Shown here: piece after piece, positions 19,892 through 29,443 of the stretch
Position numbering within the stretch: the stretch's first letter is position 1
Layout of the letters: each line of letters begins with the position of its first letter
Source: Candidatus Latescibacterota bacterium
GTDB taxonomy: Bacteria; Latescibacterota; UBA2968; UBA8231
Length of the DNA stretch: 64,000 nucleotides
Assembly: GCA_963422735.1 (NCBI GenBank)
Contig: OY730476.1
Span: 2,112,001-2,176,000, forward strand
Direction: 5' to 3'
The notes under the pieces: generated by a model
Databases searched by the model: none
What the model was told of the DNA's origin: nothing
What the model saw: the letters and a program-made list of their open reading frames with translations, nothing else
Made by a program: the position numbers and the translations under genes

Positions 19892-20752
19892 ATGAAAAGC
19901 TGGCAACCCACCCAAGACCAAATTCGATCTTGGGAGGAAAAGGGCTATTTCACCGTTCCTCGGGTCGCAACGGCCGAGCAAGCGGCGGAGATGCGCGGGG
20001 TGATCAAGAACATCCTGTACAAGCCCGAGCCCGAAAACGTCCGCACGGACGCCGACCCCATGGATCCAATGGGCGATACGCCCGAGGCGCGGGCGCAGCG
20101 CTTTCGCAAGTTCAACCGCTGGTGCCACACTGCGCCGCTGGTCTGGCACACGGTACACGCTGGGGCGATGGCACCACTGGCGCGGTATCATCTGGGCGAC
20201 GATATCCTGCTCAAGTTCAGCAGCGTCTTTGTCAAGCCGGCCAAGACCGGGGCCGCCACACCTTGGCATCAAGACAACGGGCTGTGGCGCGATGGCGAGA
20301 CCGAGCCGTTCAACTTCTGGATGGCCCTCGACCCGGCGCGGCGCGACAACGGCTGCTTGCAATTCATTCCGGGAAGCCACAAAACCGAAATCGTAGAGCA
20401 CATGTTCTACGCCGACAGCATCCACGGCGAGTTGCCGCGGGAGCGGGTCGCGGCCTTAAAGGCCGAGCGCGGCATCAAGCACATTGAGCTGTCACCAGGC
20501 GATGTCGTCTGCTGGCACAGCAGTATATGGCACTACAGCCCGATCAATAGGAGTCCGCAGAGCCGGATCGGCATCGCCGGCGTCTATACCACGCCAACGC
20601 TGGCCGACCGCTCGCCACGCACTTGGGGAAATCTGCATTGGGTGATGCAAAAAGGCGCGTTGTGCCAGAATTTTCCGCCGGACGAATACGAAGTACATGC
20701 AGAAAATAAGTCGCCGCCCCCGCCATTTCCGAAAGCCGATCAACATTCATAA
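19892..20752 (+). CDS. PhyH family dioxygenase
   Basis: WHQD, NGCLQFIPGSH, WHYS. Confidence 0.9.
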   Translation: MKSWQPTQDQIRSWEEKGYFTVPRVATAEQAAEMRGVIKNILYKPEPENVRTDADPMDPMGDTPEARAQRFRKFNRWCHTAPLVWHTVHAGAMAPLARYHLGDDILLKFSSVFVKPAKTGAATPWHQDNGLWRDGETEPFNFWMALDPARRDNGCLQFIPGSHKTEIVEHMFYADSIHGELPRERVAALKAERGIKHIELSPGDVVCWHSSIWHYSPINRSPQSRIGIAGVYTTPTLADRSPRTWGNLHWVMQKGALCQNFPPDEYEVHAENKSPPPPFPKADQHS

Positions 20753-20773
20753 AATCGAAAGGGGACGCACAAG

Positions 20774-21679
20774 ATGAGCGCAGCTTATGTAGTAGATAAG
20801 AATCTGGGGCAGCCGTTGCTGGTGGAGGAAGGCGACCTGCCGCAAAAAAACGCCGACGGCGAGCCGGTCGTCGAGCTAACCAACGAGCAGAAATACCTCT
20901 TCGATGTTCGCGGGTGGCTCTTGGTGCCCGGGGTGTTGGCCGACGACGAGATTGAGGCCATGCGCGAGTACGCATTGCGCGTGCAGCACCGCCCGGATTC
21001 GCTGCCGGCACACAAGCATTCTTTTGTGGCCGGGCCGCTGGAGAAGCTGACCGATCATCCGGTTGTAGTGGGCTTCCTCAACGAGTTTCTGGCGTTTCCA
21101 GGGCTGTCGAGCGCCGAGTGTTATGGGTTTCGGATGGAGGGCAGCGGCTTGCGCAACCCGGCGGCAAGCCCCGAGCGGGAAGGCGTTTTCAACCCGCACA
21201 ACGGCAGCGGCCTCTTTCGCTTTGCCGTGGATTCGCACCACTACCAAAGCATTCCCGGCAAGTCCTTTAGCGGGTTGACGCGGGTGGTGTGGGAGCTAGC
21301 CCCGGTCAAAATGGGGCAGGGCGGCACACTCTTAGCCACGGGGAGCCACAAGGCCGCATACCCGGCACCCGCCGCCATTCAGGACCCGCATTCGGCGGTG
21401 TGGGAAACTTATGAGTGCCCGGCTGGGTCGGTGTTGTTTTTTACCGAGGCGTTGGCGCACAGCACCTCGCGGTGGACCAATACCGACAACGAGCGGGTGG
21501 GCATATTCAACCTCTACAATAGCGTTGGCTCGCGCTGGAGCTCGTGGTCGCCACCGGCCAAACTCGTCGAGCAGATGCCGCCGATGCGGCAGACCCTCTT
21601 CCGCGGAACCTACTGCGCCGACAACGTACCCGGCTTCCGCTACGGGGGCCAGAATCAGCGGGATCGGCCGGTCGCCTGA
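20774..21679 (+). CDS. PhyH family oxygenase with H-N-G triad
   Basis: QKYLFDVRGW, PHNG, TGSHK, AHST. Confidence 0.8.
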   Translation: MSAAYVVDKNLGQPLLVEEGDLPQKNADGEPVVELTNEQKYLFDVRGWLLVPGVLADDEIEAMREYALRVQHRPDSLPAHKHSFVAGPLEKLTDHPVVVGFLNEFLAFPGLSSAECYGFRMEGSGLRNPAASPEREGVFNPHNGSGLFRFAVDSHHYQSIPGKSFSGLTRVVWELAPVKMGQGGTLLATGSHKAAYPAPAAIQDPHSAVWETYECPAGSVLFFTEALAHSTSRWTNTDNERVGIFNLYNSVGSRWSSWSPPAKLVEQMPPMRQTLFRGTYCADNVPGFRYGGQNQRDRPVA

Positions 21680-21763
21680 TTATAAACTCGCGCTGGGCGA
21701 GGCATTGACACCCAGAGTTAATGTTTAGCGGCCCGTCGTCGCCACTGAAGTGGATGGGACTGG

Positions 21764-21840
21764 CCACCGGCCACTGACCACCGGCCACTGAACACCGGCC
21801 ACTGACCCCTGACCCCTGAACACCGGCCACTGACCACTGA
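21764..21840. repeat. tandem array of 11 heptamers (CCACTGA/CCACCGG/ACACCGG/CCCCTGA)
   Basis: Exact 7-bp register over 77 bp, read directly. Confidence 0.9.
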
Positions 21841-21859
21841 TTAAACAGGCCTTATCCTG

Positions 21860-22873
21860 ATGTATATCCAAGACCAAGTTTCCATCGGCGAACTCGACGA
21901 CGAGCATCTGAGCTTCTTTCGTGCGATCGGGGTGGACTCAATCCATCTGGAGTTGCGCGGGGGATCACCCGTCGCCGGGCGTCGGGGCGGTACAGGATCG
22001 GCGAATACATCGCTGGCGCAGGATTTAAGGGCCGGCAAGGACTGCACCGACGCGTTGGTACAGGCGCGGGAAAAGGTCGAGGCGCACGGTATGAAGCTGA
22101 ACAATATCTTCATGCCCGCTTGGGAGGAGATTACCTTGGCCGAGGAGAACATGGACGAGAAGATCGGCCACTGGTGCAAGATGCTGGAGAGTGTGGGCCA
22201 AGCCGGCATTCCTTGCGTGGGCTGGAACTTCAAACCAATGGGCAATTTTCGCACCCCTGCGGATACGGGTAGGGGCGGTGTGCAATACAGTACGTTCGAC
22301 TATGCAGTTTTTGCTAAAAACCGGCCCAAACCGCACGAGCCTCCGGTGGACGAGGCGCAGATGTGGGCGCGGATGGAGCGATTTTTAGCGGCGGCGATCC
22401 CCGCGGCCGAAAAGGCGGGGGTGCGGATGGCCCTACACCCGGATGACCCGCCGATCCCCGAGCCGCTAGGGGGCGTGGCGCAGATCTGTTCGACCATGGA
22501 GCAGTTCCGCAAGACCTTCTTTGAGATTGCGCCGAGCGACAGCAATTGCATACTCTTTTGCCAAGGGTGCATGACCGAGTTGTTGGGGCCAGAGAAGATA
22601 TACGATGCGATCGCCGAGATGGCTGCAAAGGGCAAGATCGCCTGGGTTCATTTCCGCAATGTACGCGGGCAGTTGCCGCGATTTACCGAGGTGTTCGTGG
22701 ACGAAGGGGAGGTGGATATGCGGCGAGCGATGGAAGTATATCGGGATAATGGGTTTGATGGGCCGTATATGATGGACCACACGCCATCTTTTGCCCATGG
22801 GTACGGGCCGTTGCACGGTAAGGCGTACGCTATTGGGTATATTCGGGCATTGATACAGATGGTGTACGGATAA
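21860..22873 (+). CDS. uxuA: mannonate dehydratase-like
   Basis: MALHPDDPP, FCQG, VHFRNV, DHTP, YAIGYIRAL. Confidence 0.75.
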   Translation: MYIQDQVSIGELDDEHLSFFRAIGVDSIHLELRGGSPVAGRRGGTGSANTSLAQDLRAGKDCTDALVQAREKVEAHGMKLNNIFMPAWEEITLAEENMDEKIGHWCKMLESVGQAGIPCVGWNFKPMGNFRTPADTGRGGVQYSTFDYAVFAKNRPKPHEPPVDEAQMWARMERFLAAAIPAAEKAGVRMALHPDDPPIPEPLGGVAQICSTMEQFRKTFFEIAPSDSNCILFCQGCMTELLGPEKIYDAIAEMAAKGKIAWVHFRNVRGQLPRFTEVFVDEGEVDMRRAMEVYRDNGFDGPYMMDHTPSFAHGYGPLHGKAYAIGYIRALIQMVYG

Positions 22874-22911
22874 GGCTGGGCGTGAACGCAGGGCGACTTG
22901 GAGGAGAGAAT

Positions 22912-23772
22912 ATGCCAGTATTGAGCAAAGAAGATCGAGCCTTCTGGGAGGAGAATGGGTATGTAGTCGTCCGCAATGCCGTGCCCCAGGAAAACTTGGA
23001 CGCAATGGTGACGGCGATCTGGGAATTTCTGGAGATGGATCCAAAACGCGAAGAGGAATGGTACAAGTACCAGCCCTACACCCGCGACAATCTGTGCTCG
23101 CCGATCTCATCAGCCGGGATGGTCGAAATCTACCAGCACCAAGCCCTGTGGGACAATCGACAGTACCCCAAGGTGCATCAGGCTTTTGCCGATATATGGG
23201 GCGACGAGAAACTGTGGGTCTCGCTGGACCGGGCCAATATGAAACCGCCAGCGCGTGAAGATCGGCCCGAATGGTGCAACAAGGGGATGATTCACTGGGA
23301 TGTCGATACGGCACAGCGGCCAGTATCTTTTGGGGTGCAAGGAGTGCTGTATTTGACGGATACGGCGGAGGCCCAAGGCGGCTTCCAGTGCATCCCCGGC
23401 TTCCACCGGATGTTTGACGAATGGGTCAAGACCCAGCCGGCGGATCGCAACTCGCGCCAACCCGATTTGGCAGGACTAAGGGTCAAGTCGATTGCAGGCC
23501 AAGCCGGAGACTTGCTGATCTGGCATCGGTTGTTGGCTCATGGCAACGGCCACAATCGATCCGATCGGCCGCGCTTGGCGCAGTATATCGCCATGTCGCC
23601 GGCACCTGCGAACGGAGAAGCCGCACGTAAGGAGCGGATCGTGGCTTGGCAGGAGCGGCGACCGACGCCTAGCTGGCCCGGCGATGCGCGGGATTGGGAA
23701 CACCAGCATCAGCAACCGGCCGAGCTGACTTCCCTAGGGCGGAAGCTCTTGGGAGTGGACTCGTGGAATTAA
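22912..23772 (+). CDS. PhyH family dioxygenase
   Basis: WEENGYVVV, IHWD, GGFQCIPG, AHGN; GGAG RBS before ATG 22912. Confidence 0.85.
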   Translation: MPVLSKEDRAFWEENGYVVVRNAVPQENLDAMVTAIWEFLEMDPKREEEWYKYQPYTRDNLCSPISSAGMVEIYQHQALWDNRQYPKVHQAFADIWGDEKLWVSLDRANMKPPAREDRPEWCNKGMIHWDVDTAQRPVSFGVQGVLYLTDTAEAQGGFQCIPGFHRMFDEWVKTQPADRNSRQPDLAGLRVKSIAGQAGDLLIWHRLLAHGNGHNRSDRPRLAQYIAMSPAPANGEAARKERIVAWQERRPTPSWPGDARDWEHQHQQPAELTSLGRKLLGVDSWN

Positions 23773-23797
23773 AGCAGACCACTTAAGGAGCGATTCG

Positions 23798-24679
23798 ATG
23801 AGTAAGAAAATCAACCGCGCCGTTGCCCTCCTCGCCCAGGATCAGCCAATCTACTACACAGGTGCCCACTCCGGACACGTGCTGACCTACGAGCAGGGCA
23901 GAGAGGACGCCGGCACTTGGGCCGACTACATCAATGTCGGCATGGAACACGGTTCGTTCGACATGGCCGGGCTAGACGAGTACTTGCACGGCCTGATCGC
24001 CGGCGGGCCGACCCGCAGCGGGCACCGGACTCCGGCGGTAATCGTCGAGGCTCCGGTCGAGGGCCGCTCCGAGGAGATCGTGCGCTACAACGCTTGGCAG
24101 TTCCGGCAGATCTTGGGCCGGGGTGTGCATGGGATTCTGCTTTGTCAAGCCGAATCGGCCGCGGCCGTCCGGGCCTTTGTCGAATCGTGCCGCTATCCGG
24201 TCAACACCATCGGCGTCGGCGCCGATTTGGGCCGGGGCACGCGCGGCGTCGGCTCAGAGGGCGTGTGTGCGGGCGTGTGGGGCGCGAGCCGCGACGAGTA
24301 TCTGGCTAAGGCCGATCCTTGGCCGCTCAACCCGGAAGGCGAGTTGCTGTTAGGGCTGAAGATCGAGTCGGTGGCAGCCCTGCCCCACATTGAGGAAATC
24401 TTGTCCGTACCCGGGATCGGCTTTGCCGAAATGGGGCCAGGCGACTTGAGCATTTCGCTGGGGTATCGGACGATGCCTCAGCCGTGGCCTGCACAGATGC
24501 AGGAGACACACGAGCGGGTCAAAGCGGCGTGCCGGCAAAACGGCGTGGCCTTTTTGGACGGGGCCGCACCCGAAACGGTCGCGGCGAAAATTGACGCTGG
24601 GGCGCGAGTGATCTCTGGGGGAAGCGAAGAAACGGCCCGGGCGGGGCGAGCGCACACTCAGCGAAAGATGCCAGCGTAG
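23798..24679 (+). CDS. HpcH/HpaI aldolase/citrate lyase family
   Basis: MEHG, GLKIES, MGPGDL. Confidence 0.8.
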   Translation: MSKKINRAVALLAQDQPIYYTGAHSGHVLTYEQGREDAGTWADYINVGMEHGSFDMAGLDEYLHGLIAGGPTRSGHRTPAVIVEAPVEGRSEEIVRYNAWQFRQILGRGVHGILLCQAESAAAVRAFVESCRYPVNTIGVGADLGRGTRGVGSEGVCAGVWGASRDEYLAKADPWPLNPEGELLLGLKIESVAALPHIEEILSVPGIGFAEMGPGDLSISLGYRTMPQPWPAQMQETHERVKAACRQNGVAFLDGAAPETVAAKIDAGARVISGGSEETARAGRAHTQRKMPA

Positions 24680-24680
24680 C

Positions 24681-26405
24681 ATGGTAGGCGGCGAGAAGAA
24701 ACTGCGCAGCGCAGCGTGGTTCGGCGACGAGCTACACCAAGGCTTTGTGTCCCGAGGCTGGGCCAAAAACCAAGGCCATCCCGAGCAGATGTTCGACGGC
24801 CGGCCCGTGATCGGGATCTGCAACACGTGGTCCGACTTGAATCCTTGCAACGCCCATCTGCGGATTTTGGCCGAGCAGGTCAAGCGCGGGGTGTACGAGG
24901 CCGGGGGTTTTCCGCTCGAATTTCCGGTTATCTCGCTCGGCGAGACGCTGATGAAGCCGACGACCATGCTCTACCGCAACTTGGCAAGCATGGACGTAGA
25001 GGAAAGCATCCGCGCCAATCCGCTCGACGGGGTGGTGCTGTTGACCGGCTGCGACAAAACGACGCCGGCCTGTCTGATGGGAGCGGCGAGCGTGGACTTG
25101 CCGACCATCGCGGTGACGGGCGGGCCGATGCTCAACGGCAAATTCCGCAATCAGAATATCGGCTCCGGCACGGATGTCTATCGCTTTACAACCGAGCTGC
25201 GGGCCGGGAGCATCTCGCGCTTGGATTACCTCGAGGCCGAGGCCGGGATTTCGCGCTCAGACGGGCACTGCATGACCATGGGCACGGCCTCGACGATGGC
25301 CTGCATGGTCGAGACCCTCGGACTGACGCTGCCGAGTGGCGCGGCGATCCCAGGGCCGGACGCGCGGCGCAAACGCTTGGGGCATTTGGCGGGCAATCGC
25401 ATCGTCGAGATGGTCCGAGAGGGCCTTTGCATGTCGCGCATTTTAACGCGACCAGCCATAGAAAACGCCATCAAGGTCAACGCCGCACTGGGCGGCTCGA
25501 CCAACTTCGTGGTGCATCTTTTGGCCATTGCCGGGCGGCTCGATGTCGAGTTGGAACTGGACGACTTCAACCGCTTGGGCAGCCGCATGCCGCACTTGGT
25601 CAACCTAATGCCCTCGGGCGAATATCTGATGGAGGACTTCTTCTACGCCGGGGGCTTGCCCGCCGTGATCCAAGAGATGAAGGAGCATCTGCACATGGAT
25701 ACCTTGACGGTGACGGGCAAGTCGCTTGGCGAAAATACTTCGGGTGCCCAATGCTACAACCGAGAAGTCATCGCCGCGATCAACGAGCCGCTCAAGGAGG
25801 CGGCCGGGATCGCCGTGCTCCGGGGCAATCTCTGCCCGGATGGAGCAATTATCAAGCCGTCAGCCGCCGCGGACGAGCTGATGCAGCACCGTGGACGAGC
25901 CGTGGTGTTTGAAAGTATAGAAGATTACAGGGAGCGGATTGACGATCCCAATCTCGACGTAGATAAAGATAGTGTGCTGGTCTTGAAAGGCATTGGCCCA
26001 AAAGGTTTCCCTGGTATGCCCGAAGCGGGAAAATTCGGATTGCCCAAGAAGCTGCTGCAGCAGGGCGTGCGCGATATGGTTTGTATCTCAGACGGGCGGA
26101 TGAGCGGCACGGCCTATGGGACGGTGATTCTGCACGTTGCGCCCGAAGCTGCCGTGGGCGGCCCACTGGCACTGGTGCAGGAAGGCGATCTGATCGAGCT
26201 AGACGTGGAAAAGTGTTCGTTGAATATGGCCGTACCCAACGAGGAGCTACAAAGAAGGCAGCAAGCGTGGACGCCGCCTGCTCCCGTCGTCACGCGAGGT
26301 TATGCCGGCCTCTACATCCGGCACGTGCTCCAAGCCGACAAGGGCGTTGACTTGGACATATTGGTCGGCGGCTCCGGGCCGGATGTCTATCGGGAGCCGA
26401 GGTAG
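24681..26405 (+). CDS. IlvD/Edd family sugar-acid dehydratase (L-arabinonate dehydratase-like)
   Basis: NPCN, GCDKTTP, HCMTMGTASTM, DGRMSGT. Confidence 0.9.
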   Translation: MVGGEKKLRSAAWFGDELHQGFVSRGWAKNQGHPEQMFDGRPVIGICNTWSDLNPCNAHLRILAEQVKRGVYEAGGFPLEFPVISLGETLMKPTTMLYRNLASMDVEESIRANPLDGVVLLTGCDKTTPACLMGAASVDLPTIAVTGGPMLNGKFRNQNIGSGTDVYRFTTELRAGSISRLDYLEAEAGISRSDGHCMTMGTASTMACMVETLGLTLPSGAAIPGPDARRKRLGHLAGNRIVEMVREGLCMSRILTRPAIENAIKVNAALGGSTNFVVHLLAIAGRLDVELELDDFNRLGSRMPHLVNLMPSGEYLMEDFFYAGGLPAVIQEMKEHLHMDTLTVTGKSLGENTSGAQCYNREVIAAINEPLKEAAGIAVLRGNLCPDGAIIKPSAAADELMQHRGRAVVFESIEDYRERIDDPNLDVDKDSVLVLKGIGPKGFPGMPEAGKFGLPKKLLQQGVRDMVCISDGRMSGTAYGTVILHVAPEAAVGGPLALVQEGDLIELDVEKCSLNMAVPNEELQRRQQAWTPPAPVVTRGYAGLYIRHVLQADKGVDLDILVGGSGPDVYREPR

Positions 26406-26804
26406 CTAGCGGCCGCTGCCCAAAATGGCAACTGCTTCGACCTCGACGAGCATTCCCGGCAGGACTAGATCGGCGACCGTCACAGTAGAACTGGCGGGGG
26501 TGTGGCTGGGAAAGGCTTCGGCGCGGGCGGCCGAATACTCGGCGTAGCGACCCGTGTCGGTGATAAACGAAGTAATCTTGACCACGTCGTCCATGGTCGC
26601 ACCGGCCTCGGCGAGCACGGCGCGGATATTGGCAAAGACTTGGCGCGACTGTGCGGCCATGTCGCCTTCGCCGACGAGGTGCCCCTCCGGGTCGAGAGGC
26701 CCTTGGCCGGAGACGTAGATCGTATCCCCCACCTGCACAGCCTGTGAGATGCGGAATTTCTCGGTCCAAGGCCAAGCGGGGTTGTGTGCTTTGCGTTGGG
26801 TCAT
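26406..26804 (-). CDS. RidA/YjgF family protein
   Basis: SQAV, YVSGQ, DVVK, LVEVEAVA. Confidence 0.85.
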   Translation of the reverse strand: MTQRKAHNPAWPWTEKFRISQAVQVGDTIYVSGQGPLDPEGHLVGEGDMAAQSRQVFANIRAVLAEAGATMDDVVKITSFITDTGRYAEYSAARAEAFPSHTPASSTVTVADLVLPGMLVEVEAVAILGSGR

Positions 26805-26894
26805 GGTGGGTTTCCTGTGATAATCAGGACCTGCGTCCCAAGGGTAATTGATGAGAACGGACGCATCATCGGGAAGTGATTCGTTAGCTCTCTT

Positions 26895-27243
26895 TCAAGA
26901 AATCGCTCGACCTTGCTTGAGGCGGACGGCAGGTAGCCTTTTCAGCCGCTGATTGAGCGGATCCACTTCAATGCCAACCGATTCGAGAGCCGTCAGGCCA
27001 AGCAGCGGCTCGGCGTCAGCGTCGCCGACGATTTCTCCCATAAATTCGATGTCCGCGGTCGTGACGTCGAGTTTGAGTTCGGCCCCATTGGCTCGCTGGC
27101 CTTTCGGCTTGAGACCGATGGTCGAGGTGCGGCCTCGGGACGAGACAATCGGTCGCGCCGGTATCCACCAGAAAAAGCCCTTCCCAAGCGCGGTCCGGCG
27201 CGGCCGGGTTGCGAATCGTTACGGTGACGTGCGTGGCTCCCAT
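26895..27243 (-). pseudogene. clan AA aspartic protease (AF_0612-like), frameshifted
   Basis: MGATHVTV...LVDTGA in one frame; IEFMGEIVGDADAEPLLGLTALESVGIEVDP in another. Confidence 0.75.
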
Positions 27244-27410
27244 GGCAAAGTCCTTTCTTTCAGTTCGTTACCGGGGTCTTTCTCCGCTACTCGCTAGAAT
27301 TTTCGAGCCGGTGCCCATAACGTCAACAGCACCCTTTGGACATGGGCTTGTGAAAAGGGCATGAATTCTCCAAGGACCAACAAACTCAAGAAAGGCGGCG
27401 AGTGAGCACT

Positions 27411-28544
27411 CTATTGCCACAGCGGCTCCCCGTCCTCCAGCATACTCTGTAGAAACGCCTCGTTCAGTTCCACTCCCAGCCCCGGCTTCTCGCTCAGGAC
27501 CACGTGCCCTTCCTGAATCACCGGCTCGTCGGCAAGCACCACATCGCTCCAAGTCGGGTCGTCGTAGCGATGGAACTCCAAGGCGAGAAAATTGGGTACA
27601 CTGGCGCAGACGTGGGCGTCGGCCACAGTGCTCAAGGCACTGGAGTTGTTGTGCGGGGCAAAAGGGATGTAGTAGGTCTCGGCCATGTTGGCGATCTTGC
27701 GACACTCGGATAGGCCGCCGCACTTGGAAATGTCGGGCATGATGATATCGATAGCCTGCTGTTCGAGCATGTCGCGGAAGCCGTAGCGCAAATAGGCGTT
27801 CTCGCCAGCGCAGATCGGGGTGCGAGTCGAGTCGGTGATGCGCTTGAGGGCGTCGATATTCTCGGGCGGGACCGGTTCTTCGAGCCACATCAGATTCAGG
27901 TCTTCGAGCGCGTGGGCGAACTTCATCCCGGCGGTGGCGTCGTAGCGCCCGTGCAAGTCAATGGCTAGGTCCATGTGGGGGCCAACCGCCTCGCGGATCC
28001 GGTGAGCTTGATTGACCAAATCCTCTAGCTCGGCAGGGGTCACCGACCAGTTCCAAGGATCGAGCTTTTCGGGGTGGCCCGCATCGTCGAGGTCGAACTT
28101 AATCGCGGTAAAGCCTTTTGCGCACACATCCTCGGCGCGCTGTTTGTAGTCCGAATGGGCGCTATCGACGTAGAGGCGCACCCGGTCGCGGAATTTGCCG
28201 CCCAAGAGCCGGTAAACAGGTACGCCTTGGGCCTTGCCAGCTAAATCCCAGAGCGCGACCTCGAGGCCAGTCAGTGCCGAAATCGCCAAGCCCGACATGC
28301 CCCCGCGGAAGATGTAACTGCGGCGGATGCCTTCAAAGAGCGCATCGACATCGCGCGGGTCCTTGCCGATGAGCTGAGCGGCCATGGACTGGGTGGAGCC
28401 GCGCCAGCCGCCATCGACGTGGCTGGCCTCGCCGGTGCCGTAGATGCCCTCGTCAGTGTGGATGCGGACGTAGTGGTAGAGATAGCGGGGTTGGCCGTTG
28501 GCCTTTATATGCACTTCAGCAGTTTTGACCTCTGTGATCTTCAA
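27411..28544 (-). CDS. enolase-superfamily sugar-acid dehydratase
   Basis: EVALWDLAGK, DLHG, WLEEP, GEN, APHN, LEFH. Confidence 0.85.
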   Translation of the reverse strand: MKITEVKTAEVHIKANGQPRYLYHYVRIHTDEGIYGTGEASHVDGGWRGSTQSMAAQLIGKDPRDVDALFEGIRRSYIFRGGMSGLAISALTGLEVALWDLAGKAQGVPVYRLLGGKFRDRVRLYVDSAHSDYKQRAEDVCAKGFTAIKFDLDDAGHPEKLDPWNWSVTPAELEDLVNQAHRIREAVGPHMDLAIDLHGRYDATAGMKFAHALEDLNLMWLEEPVPPENIDALKRITDSTRTPICAGENAYLRYGFRDMLEQQAIDIIMPDISKCGGLSECRKIANMAETYYIPFAPHNNSSALSTVADAHVCASVPNFLALEFHRYDDPTWSDVVLADEPVIQEGHVVLSEKPGLGVELNEAFLQSMLEDGEPLWQ

Positions 28545-28579
28545 TGGAGTCCCTTTCTTCTATAACTGACGTTACGCAG

Positions 28580-28600
28580 TTAGTGGCCAGTGGTTAGTGA
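28580..28600. repeat. three heptamers TTAGTGG CCAGTGG TTAGTGA
   Basis: Same unit family as 21764 (reverse complement) and 41903. Confidence 0.6.
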
Positions 28601-28603
28601 TGG

Positions 28604-28670
28604 TCGTCACTTCGGTGGAAACCGGAGCCCAGCCCTACCCGGTGGATTCCGACTTTCGCCGGAATGACGA
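28604..28670. repeat. GTCATTCC...GGAATGAC-type palindromic REP-like element
   Basis: TCGTCACTTCGG...TGGATTCCGACTTTCGCCGGAATGACGA; partial copies near 42775-42786 and 43413-43439. Confidence 0.6.
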
Positions 28671-28737
28671 GTCAGGGCAGCCGCACCCCGTGACGGGAAG
28701 GCGAGACCCCGGCGATCCAAAGTGCGTACCATCAGTT

Positions 28738-29415
28738 CTATAAGTGTAGTTGGCCGATTGCGCGCGTGGCAGCGTCGCAATACCAGAGCACGCCCTCGTG
28801 GATGGTCAGTCCGTGGACTTCGGTGGGGGCCTCGACGCGGACGACCTCCCAGATGCGCCCGTCTTGGGGATCGAGGCGGTTGATGGTGCCGGCCGAGGTG
28901 TCGGCGACCCAGAGGGTGCCGTCGTCAGCCCAGGCTAGTCCGTGGACGCGGAGGCCGGGGACGCGGAAGGAATGGACTTCTTCCCAAGTGCTGGCATCCA
29001 TCACGTGAACGAATTGCGAAGGCGGCGAAGCCACGTACACCCTGCCGTCCTTCCACTCTAAGCCATGGGCCCCCGTGACGCGGCCATTCTGTTGGTCGGC
29101 GACCCAAGCGACGACGCCATTGCCGGGCGAATTTAGCTTGGCGATGGTCTGGCCCGTAGCCGGGTCGAGCCGGGCGATCTTAAGCTCAAAGGTCGAGGCA
29201 ATCCACATAGAGCCGCCGCCGAGGGTAATGCCGCTGGAATGCTCGGTGTCGGTTTGGGCTTCAAAAAGGGTTTCGCCGCTCTCGTAGTCGAATTTATAGA
29301 CTTTGAGGTCCACTTGGTCGATGCACCAGAGGCCATCGGGCGCGGCTTGCAGGCCGTTGGGCTGGGGACCGGGGCATTTGAAACGCTCTTCAACGCGGGC
29401 GATTTGGACGGTCAT
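28738..29415 (-). CDS. beta-propeller protein (glutaminyl cyclase/Vgb-like repeats)
   Basis: PGPQPNGL, AHGLEW, VHGLAW, VHGLT repeats. Confidence 0.65.
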   Translation of the reverse strand: MTVQIARVEERFKCPGPQPNGLQAAPDGLWCIDQVDLKVYKFDYESGETLFEAQTDTEHSSGITLGGGSMWIASTFELKIARLDPATGQTIAKLNSPGNGVVAWVADQQNGRVTGAHGLEWKDGRVYVASPPSQFVHVMDASTWEEVHSFRVPGLRVHGLAWADDGTLWVADTSAGTINRLDPQDGRIWEVVRVEAPTEVHGLTIHEGVLWYCDAATRAIGQLHL

Positions 29416-29443
29416 AAAATGCTTTCTTTGCTAGGGATTGTGA

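Noticed and set aside
24716-25912. 398-aa alternative-frame ORF, and similar long shadow ORFs (19457-20425, 43686-44609, 48641-49459, 56806-57636)
   Set aside because: Arg/Gly/Ala-rich or antisense shadows of well-supported genes, expected in high-GC DNA.
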